Assembly: GCA_023246445.1 (NCBI GenBank)
Contig: JAHFIJ010000003.1
Coordinates: 1 to 55,840 of the forward strand
DNA length: 55,840 nt
Origin: Candidatus Woesearchaeota archaeon
Lineage (GTDB): Archaea; Nanobdellota; Nanobdellia; SCGC-AAA011-G17; JACQNH01
Reading direction: 5' to 3'
In this document: positions 49,401-55,840 of the stretch, piece after piece
Layout: each line of letters begins with the position of its first letter
Numbering within the stretch: the first letter of the stretch is position 1
Translations under genes and position numbers: made by a program
The notes under the pieces: generated by a model
Told to the model about the DNA's origin: nothing
Databases searched by the model: none
Seen by the model: the letters and a program-made list of their open reading frames with translations, nothing else

Positions 49401-51818
49401 TTATATTTTTTCCACCTTTATTTTTAATGCATTTTTATCTATTACTGCTGGAAGATTATTACTAAATTCTATTTCTTTGATATTACATACTGTTTTTAAA
49501 TCATTCAGTATTAAATCGATCTGTTTTTTATCTGACTTATCTAACTTTAACTTAATTGGATCCTTTAAAGACATTTTGTTTTCTGCTTTGAATTTTCTTA
49601 CTTCTGAGATTATTAAAATCCCTTTATCGCCTGCTTTTTCAATATCAGGATTTGCTTCTATGATTAAAGGCCATGAACTAATATGGATGCTAATTGATTT
49701 TTCTTTTTCCCTGAACATTGTTTGATAAATCTCTTCAGTGACATGGGGTGTTATGGATGCAAATAATTTTAAAATGCTTAACAAAGAGCTATATAAAACA
49801 TACTGCGCTGATTTTTTAGGATCTCCCTGCGAATTGTATAATCTAAACTTAACAATCTCTAAATAATAATCGCAGAAAGTATTCCAGAAGAAATTTTCTA
49901 CTAAACTTTTAGGTGCAGCATACTCATAATTTTCAAATGCTTCTGTGCATTCTTTGATTATTTTATTTAATTTTCTTAATAACCATTCATCAAATATCTC
50001 TAATTTTTTAGGTTTAGAATAATCATAATTTTCCAGGTGCATTGAACAAAATTTAGAAGCATTCCATAACTTTGTAATTGTTTTCTGCCCGGTTACTAAA
50101 TCTTTTTCTAAATATCTTAAATCTTCACCTAATTTAGAGCCTGCTGCCCAAAATCTCATGGCATCTGCACCATATTTTTCCAAAACTCCTGCAGGTTCTA
50201 CTGCATTCCCTTTTGATTTGTGCATAGCCTCTCCTTTGGGATCTAAAACATGACCTGAAATAATGATATTTTTCCACGGAATCTCATTATGATGATAAAT
50301 GCTCTTAACGATTGTATAAAAAGCCCATGTTCTAATAATATCATGAGCCTGCGGCCTTAGAGACAAAGGGTGCATTTTTTTAAAATCTAAATTATAACCC
50401 GGATCATTTACCCAATTAAGAATAATTTCAGGAGTTACTGAAGATGTAGCCCAAGTATCCATAACATCTTTTTCACCTTCAAAATTATCTGAACCACATT
50501 TACATTTATTTTTGGGTTTATTTGTTAATGGATCTACTGGCAAATCCTTTTCTTCTGCTATTAAGATAGAATTACATTTTTTACAATACCAAACCGGAAA
50601 TGGAACTCCAAAATGCCTTTGCCTTGAGATGCACCAGTCCCAGTTTAAACCTTCAACCCAATGCATATATCTTTTTTTCATATATTCAGGATACCATTTT
50701 ATTTTATTTCCTGCATCTATGAACTTTTTCTTATTATCTAAAATTTTAATAAACCATTGTTTTGTGCTTAAAAACTCTATTTCTGTTCCGCATCTTTCAT
50801 GAACATTAACTATGTGCTTTATTAGTTTTTTATTAACTAACAACTTTTCTTTTTCCAGATCATTAATTATTTCCTTTCTTGCTTCTTTAATGGCTAAGCC
50901 TTGATATTTTTTTGCTAATTCATTTAATTTTCCATCTCTTGTGAAAATAATTCTAGGCTCTAATTTTCTTTTGTTTACTGCTTCTACATCATATTTGTCT
51001 CCATAGCTGCATATCATTAAAACCCCGGTCCCTTTATCCTGATCTGCTGATTCATCTGCATAAATCCTGACTTTTTGATTAAACAATGGAACTGTAGCTT
51101 TTTTCCCTGCTAAATTTTTGTATCTTTTGTCATTTGGATGAACATAGATACAAACACAGGCGGCTAATAACTCCGGTCTTGTAGTTGCTATTGTTATTTT
51201 AGTTTTGTCTTCTAATTCAAAATGAACATCTATAAAACTTGAATCTAATTCTTTATCTTCCAAATCTGCCTGAGCTATTGCTGTCTGGCACTGGACACAC
51301 CACATTGAAGGGGCTTCATGCTGGTAAACTAATTTCTCTTTAAATAAATCTAAAAAAGATTTTTGCGATGTTTTAATGCAGTGCTTGTCTATGGTTGAAT
51401 ATGTTGTAGAGAAATCACAGCTCATTCCAATAAATTTCCAGTCATTGATGAAATCCTCTTTAATTTCTGTAATTGTCTTTTGGCATAAAGCAACAAATTC
51501 CTGCCTTGACATTTTAGTAGATTTAACATTTTTTAATTTTTCAACTAATCTTTCTGTTGGCAATCCATTGTCATCGGTTCCAAAAGGATAGAAAACATTT
51601 TCTTGCTTCATTCTGTGGAACCTAGCTATAAAATCCTGTTGTGAATATGAAAAGGCGTGGCCTATATGCATCTTGCCTGAAACTGTTGGGGGGGGTGTAT
51701 CTATGGAATATATTTCTTTTTTACTATCTGGATCAAATTTATATATTTTAGATTTTTCCCAGAACTTCTGCCATTTTCTTTCTGCTTCTTGGGGATTATA
51801 TTTTTCAGGAAATTTCAT
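49401..51818 (-). CDS. valS: Valine-tRNA ligase
   Basis: DTPPPTVSGKMHIGH, DWCISRQR, AMHKSKGN (KMSKS variant). Confidence 0.97.
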   Translation of the reverse strand: MKFPEKYNPQEAERKWQKFWEKSKIYKFDPDSKKEIYSIDTPPPTVSGKMHIGHAFSYSQQDFIARFHRMKQENVFYPFGTDDNGLPTERLVEKLKNVKSTKMSRQEFVALCQKTITEIKEDFINDWKFIGMSCDFSTTYSTIDKHCIKTSQKSFLDLFKEKLVYQHEAPSMWCVQCQTAIAQADLEDKELDSSFIDVHFELEDKTKITIATTRPELLAACVCIYVHPNDKRYKNLAGKKATVPLFNQKVRIYADESADQDKGTGVLMICSYGDKYDVEAVNKRKLEPRIIFTRDGKLNELAKKYQGLAIKEARKEIINDLEKEKLLVNKKLIKHIVNVHERCGTEIEFLSTKQWFIKILDNKKKFIDAGNKIKWYPEYMKKRYMHWVEGLNWDWCISRQRHFGVPFPVWYCKKCNSILIAEEKDLPVDPLTNKPKNKCKCGSDNFEGEKDVMDTWATSSVTPEIILNWVNDPGYNLDFKKMHPLSLRPQAHDIIRTWAFYTIVKSIYHHNEIPWKNIIISGHVLDPKGEAMHKSKGNAVEPAGVLEKYGADAMRFWAAGSKLGEDLRYLEKDLVTGQKTITKLWNASKFCSMHLENYDYSKPKKLEIFDEWLLRKLNKIIKECTEAFENYEYAAPKSLVENFFWNTFCDYYLEIVKFRLYNSQGDPKKSAQYVLYSSLLSILKLFASITPHVTEEIYQTMFREKEKSISIHISSWPLIIEANPDIEKAGDKGILIISEVRKFKAENKMSLKDPIKLKLDKSDKKQIDLILNDLKTVCNIKEIEFSNNLPAVIDKNALKIKVEKI

Positions 51819-51862
51819 AGTTTTTTAGTATTTTTTCAGGTTTAAAAATTCTTTCTTCTTGA

Positions 51863-51879
51863 GTAACTGATTAGCTACT
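51863..51879 (-). mobile_element. Solitary IS66 right-end remnant
   Basis: GTAACTGATTAGCTACT is the reverse complement of 48092-48108 at 16/17. Confidence 0.65.
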
Positions 51880-51932
51880 CTATCACAATAATCAACAAAT
51901 AGTTTTTTAAGCGTTGTTTTTCTAATATTTTT

Positions 51933-52352
51933 ATGGGGGGAAAACCGACATTTAGGATTGTGCTTGCATGTGCTCTTATTAATGGCGGGAAAGTTCTATT
52001 GTGCAAGAGAAGCGAAGACGAAGATGTCTTGCCAGGTTACTGGGGCTTACCAGGAGGAAACCTAACTACCATAGGAAACATACAAGACATAATTGAGAAG
52101 GAATTAAAAAGAGAAATTCTTGAAGAAGTGGGTGTAGAAATAGATAATATTAAGTATGTTGAAAGTCATTCTCATGAAAAACAAATAATAAATATGTGTT
52201 TTGTGGCAGATATTATTTCTGGTGAGCCACAAGCCTTAAATGAAACAGAAGAAGTAAAATGGTTCACTTTTGAAGAAGCAAAAAAGTTAAAATTGACACC
52301 CCATGTGATAGAAAGATTAGAAATTATTTTTAATACAAAAATAACATTATAA
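51933..52352 (+). CDS. NUDIX hydrolase
   Basis: WGLPGG...LKREILEEVG. Confidence 0.88.
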   Translation: MGGKPTFRIVLACALINGGKVLLCKRSEDEDVLPGYWGLPGGNLTTIGNIQDIIEKELKREILEEVGVEIDNIKYVESHSHEKQIINMCFVADIISGEPQALNETEEVKWFTFEEAKKLKLTPHVIERLEIIFNTKITL

Positions 52353-52434
52353 AATCTTTGGTTTCAAAACTCCCTTTAACGTTACAATGTAGGTTAACCA
52401 AAATATATTTATAGACAAATAATAGTTATAGACT

Positions 52435-53013
52435 ATGCTAATAAAAAGAGAACAAATACCAATTTTAGTTGTAAACATAATAACTATAATGCTCTTTACT
52501 ATTTTATTCAGCGCTAAAAAGAATTATGAGTTTCTTATTTATGTAGGGATTATTGTAATATTATTAATATTGATAGCTTTAACAAATAAGAAGGTTAATT
52601 ATTCTAATAGTGTTTTATGGGGTTTAACTGTATGGGCATTAATGCATATGTCTGGGGGTGGGATTTATATTAGAGGTGTAAGATTATATGAGACTATTTT
52701 AATTCCATTATCTAAAGCTTATCCAATACTAAAATATGATCAGTTTGTGCATATAATCGGGTTTGGTGTTGCTACTATTTTAATGTATGAATTGATAAAA
52801 CCTAAATTAAGATCTAATAAGTGGACGGCTATTTCTATTGTTGTTATAATGGCCGGATTAGGTGTTGGTGCTTTGAATGAGATATTAGAGTTTATTGCAA
52901 CTGTTTTAGTGCCTGAAACTGGTGTTGGCGGTTATCTGAACACTACTCTGGATTTAGTATCTGACTTAATAGGGGCAATTTTAGCTATGATATTAATCAG
53001 GGTAAAAAAATAA
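52435..53013 (+). CDS. DUF2238-like membrane protein
   Basis: LMHMSGG, YDQFVH, NEILEF, NTTLDL. Confidence 0.7.
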   Translation: MLIKREQIPILVVNIITIMLFTILFSAKKNYEFLIYVGIIVILLILIALTNKKVNYSNSVLWGLTVWALMHMSGGGIYIRGVRLYETILIPLSKAYPILKYDQFVHIIGFGVATILMYELIKPKLRSNKWTAISIVVIMAGLGVGALNEILEFIATVLVPETGVGGYLNTTLDLVSDLIGAILAMILIRVKK

Positions 53014-53052
53014 TTTAGAAACTTTTAAAAGAAGACTTGTTTTAATTATTTT

Positions 53053-53137
53053 GGGACAGTAGCTCAGCCTGGGAGAGCATACGGCTGAAGTTTATATGGA
53101 CACCGTAGTATCGGGGGTTCAAATCCCCCCTGTCCCA
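53053..53137 (+). tRNA. tRNA-Phe(GAA) with 11-nt intron at 37/38 (53091-53101)
   Basis: GGGACAG/CTGTCCC acceptor, GCTC/GAGC D-stem, TACGG/CCGTA anticodon stem, GGGGG-TTCAAAT-CCCCC. Confidence 0.92.
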
Positions 53138-53232
53138 TTTTTTACGTTCTCTGGTGCATTAACTGGTCTTAAAAAATAAAAAGAATTAAGGATAATTTTA
53201 GAGGATGGAAAGATTGTTATTGAAAAAGAAAA

Positions 53233-53583
53233 TTAAATCCTTACTCTTTGTTTAATTTGCGATTCCTCAACAATTCTTTTTAACACTAAGTTAAAAGTTT
53301 CTATTAATACTTTAACTTCATTTTTTTCTGTGTTAAGCTTATACAGTTGTGCTCCGCTTACCTTTCTGGTTAGGATTATATAGCCTTCTTTAATTAATTC
53401 CTCTATTGTATTATAAGTTGTTGCACGGTTTAATCCTATTTCTCGTGCTATGTCACCAATCGTAAAATCTACTCCCTTAGTTTCTATTAAAAATTCTAAG
53501 ATTCTATTTCTAGGATTAACGCCAATTACATTACAAAATTCTCCCCATTCACTCTTTACCATTTGTTTAGTTTCCACTCGCAT
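53233..53583 (-). CDS. Winged-helix DNA-binding protein
   Basis: PRNRILEFL...TIGDIAREIGLNRATTY...LYKLN; likely start MRVETK. Confidence 0.8.
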   Translation of the reverse strand: MRVETKQMVKSEWGEFCNVIGVNPRNRILEFLIETKGVDFTIGDIAREIGLNRATTYNTIEELIKEGYIILTRKVSGAQLYKLNTEKNEVKVLIETFNLVLKRIVEESQIKQRVRI

Positions 53584-53620
53584 TTTTTCACCTCTTTTTT
53601 TATACCGAAACATTTAAATA

Positions 53621-53658
53621 TATGGATAGCCTATCCACCATCGTGGTGATGGATAGGC
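53621..53658. promoter_or_regulatory. Palindrome/operator between the two small genes
   Basis: GCCTATCCA...TGGATAGGC plus direct repeat ATGGATAG, next to TTTAAATA. Confidence 0.5.
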
Positions 53659-53687
53659 AATAGTCTTGTGCTTTTTTCTTACTTATT

Positions 53688-53966
53688 TTACTGAACCAAT
53701 TGGTAGATTTCAGCTAGTCTTCTTGGATTCAAGAAAACGTGTCTTCCAGAAGGTTTTGGTTTTGTTAATACCAAACCTTCTTTTATACACCTCTCCCAAT
53801 CCTTTAAAGCATTTTTATGCTCTGTTTTTGGAAGATGCTTAATCCACCTTAAACATAGATTTTCAGGAATGTGTTTCCCTCCAATCCTTTTTTGATTCAA
53901 TAATCTTCGTAAGATTATTACACAACCCACACTTACAGATTTCACATTTCGTTTACCTCCTTTCAC
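53688..53966 (-). CDS. Small basic hypothetical protein (likely GTG start at 53945)
   Basis: IGGKH...KEGLVLTKP...VFLNP; GGAGGT RBS upstream of 53945. Confidence 0.7.
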   Translation of the reverse strand: MKGGKRNVKSVSVGCVIILRRLLNQKRIGGKHIPENLCLRWIKHLPKTEHKNALKDWERCIKEGLVLTKPKPSGRHVFLNPRRLAEIYQLVQ

Positions 53967-54249
53967 TTCTGTTACACAGAGTGAACATGATCAACACAGG
54001 AGGTAATCAATGGTCTTCTTCGAAAGGAAGTAAACCGATGTAAAACCTATAATTTCTATATACTTTAGACTTTATAAATATTTCTATTATTTTAGACATA
54101 GTGTATTTTAAAATAGAAAACTTTATTCCTTTCCGGGTTTAATATCCCGTGAGCTCTGCTCCGATTGCATAGTTCATTTTTTAAGCCCACTTAATGCACT
54201 AGTGTATTTTTTACGAAATCTTTATTAACTATCTAAATAATAAAATTCT

Positions 54250-54786
54250 ATGGTGAAAAGAGGAAAAAAGGGTGCGATTGAACTTTCTATGACTACGATT
54301 ATTGTTATTATTCTAGGCGTTACTTTATTGAGTTTGGGTTTAGTTTTTATAAGAGGAGTTATAGCTAAAGTAACTAATCTAAGTTTGAGAGCTTTTGAGG
54401 CTGCTGATACTGAAATTGGAAAAATTTCAGGGGTTGATCAATTATTAACTTTAAATCCTACCAGCATTGATTTGCCTCAGAAATCTTCTAAATATATAGA
54501 TGTGATAATTGCGAACTTTGAAGATAGCCCAATCTCTGTGATGGCTGATGCAGAAAGCGGAGATCCTAAGCTATCCTGCTCTTTTGTGGACCAAAAAGAA
54601 AGAAAAGACAAATCCAAGCAATATCAATTAGCTTCCGGAAAACAGGCTAAGGTTAAATTAATAGTGGAAGATACTGGCAGCGATTTGGGAATAAATCATT
54701 GCGTTATAAATATGAAAGGGACTGGTGTTGATGAGACAACTGAAACCTTAATAATTAATTTAATCCCTAAAAGAGGTGTTTTTTAA
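54250..54786 (+). CDS. Class III signal-peptide (pilin-like) protein
   Basis: KKG/AIELSMTTIIVIILGVTLLSLGLVFI. Confidence 0.8.
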   Translation: MVKRGKKGAIELSMTTIIVIILGVTLLSLGLVFIRGVIAKVTNLSLRAFEAADTEIGKISGVDQLLTLNPTSIDLPQKSSKYIDVIIANFEDSPISVMADAESGDPKLSCSFVDQKERKDKSKQYQLASGKQAKVKLIVEDTGSDLGINHCVINMKGTGVDETTETLIINLIPKRGVF

Positions 54787-55482
54787 TTATTTTCCAAACC
54801 TTCTTTCTCTTAGGCTATATTCTTTCAAGCATTCAACGAAATCTTCTTTACTAAATTCAGGCCATAATTTATCAATGAAAATTAATTCTGCATAACTGCC
54901 CTGCCATATTAAAAAATTAGATATTCTTTTTTCTCCACCAGTTCTTATGATCAGGTCTATATTAGAATTCAAATTTAGATTTTCTTTAAAAACTTCTTCA
55001 TTTACTTCTTTTATATTTTGATTCTTTTTAATTTTATTAACTGCATCTATTATTTCCTGTTTACCACCATAAGCAATAGCAAAGTTTACCTGATAAGATT
55101 TATGATTTTTGGTTTTTTCCATTACAGAAGATAGGATTTCCTGTAAATCTTTCGGCAACATCCATAATCTACCAATGAAATTTACTTTTATCTGATTTTT
55201 GTAAATTTTTTCATCTGTTAATAAACAAGTAAACTCCTTTTTAAAAATATTCATTAAATAATCAAATTCTTCTTTTGGCCTATTAAAGTTTTCAATTGAG
55301 AAGCAGAATAAGGTTAATTCTTTTATATCATACTCTAAACACCAGTTAAACAGCTCTTCCACTTTTTTAGCCCCCCACTCGTGACCTTTCCATGGCTTTA
55401 GCATTAATCTCTTGGCAAAACGCCTATTGCCATCTAAAATGACACCAATACTTCTTGGGACTTTATTGCTGCTGGGCTCCAT
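54787..55482 (-). CDS. uppS: cis-prenyltransferase (undecaprenyl diphosphate synthase family)
   Basis: ILDGNRRFA, FSIENFNRP, IIRTGGEKRISNFL; likely start MEPSS. Confidence 0.95.
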   Translation of the reverse strand: MEPSSNKVPRSIGVILDGNRRFAKRLMLKPWKGHEWGAKKVEELFNWCLEYDIKELTLFCFSIENFNRPKEEFDYLMNIFKKEFTCLLTDEKIYKNQIKVNFIGRLWMLPKDLQEILSSVMEKTKNHKSYQVNFAIAYGGKQEIIDAVNKIKKNQNIKEVNEEVFKENLNLNSNIDLIIRTGGEKRISNFLIWQGSYAELIFIDKLWPEFSKEDFVECLKEYSLRERRFGK

Positions 55483-55583
55483 AATGAAATTTAGATAAAA
55501 AATGCTTATAAAGGTTTTGAACGTATTTTTTAATAAAAAGCACAAACGAAAGACTTTTAAAAGAGTTTAGAGGCTTTAAAACA

Positions 55584-55840
55584 ATGACAGGAATTCATGA
55601 TGTGGATACAGGAAGATTAATAGAGAAAACTGCTGAAGAATTAAAGAAATTAAAAACTATGGAAATGCCACCTTGGGCCAGGTTTGTTAAAACAGGAGTA
55701 GGACAAGATAGAGCACCTGAAAACAAAGAATGGTGGTATGTAAGAGCTGCTTCATTATTAAGAAAAGTGTATATGTTAGGGCCTATAGGTGTAAGCAAAT
55801 TAACAGGATATTACAGAAGGAGAAAAAACAGGGGTTATAA
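55584..55840 (+). CDS. rps19e: 30S ribosomal protein S19e (partial; not in ORF track)
   Basis: MPPWARFVKTG...WWYVRAASLLRKVY..GPIGV. Confidence 0.95.
   Translation, partial: MTGIHDVDTGRLIEKTAEELKKLKTMEMPPWARFVKTGVGQDRAPENKEWWYVRAASLLRKVYMLGPIGVSKLTGYYRRRKNRGY

Noticed and set aside
3130-55798. Numerous short antisense or overlapping ORFs in the track
   Set aside because: Shadows of well-supported genes on the opposite strand or in another frame.

Overview
AT-rich archaeal DNA, most consistent with a DPANN (Woesearchaeota/Nanoarchaeota-like) genome; this is an inference from PCNA, Rpo11, TFS, aMBF1, aRF1, S19e, an S-layer protein and many class III signal-peptide proteins. Housekeeping and glycosylation genes (pcn, metK, tfs, rpoL, scpB, prf1, valS, uppS, GT2/GT-C enzymes) alternate with accessory patches holding five MNT-HEPN modules, other toxin-antitoxin remnants, IS66 debris and gene fragments. 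Main observations: (1) a dispersed family of integron attC-like sites, with one full site at 15619-15712, a small array at 24.9-26.9 kb whose genes carry their own TATA promoters and flanking inverted repeats, and an apparent G|TT insertion that truncates a gene at 39440; no integrase is in the window. (2) Two giant Cys-rich secreted paralogs with a variable hydrophobic core reminiscent of TraN, next to pilin-like genes and the S-layer gene. (3) A tRNA-Ser(UGA) with two non-canonical introns. (4) A palindromic repeat expanding in frame within prepilin leaders. All calls are by eye, with no database searches. The provided ORF 47510..48100 is labelled minus but reads on the plus strand.
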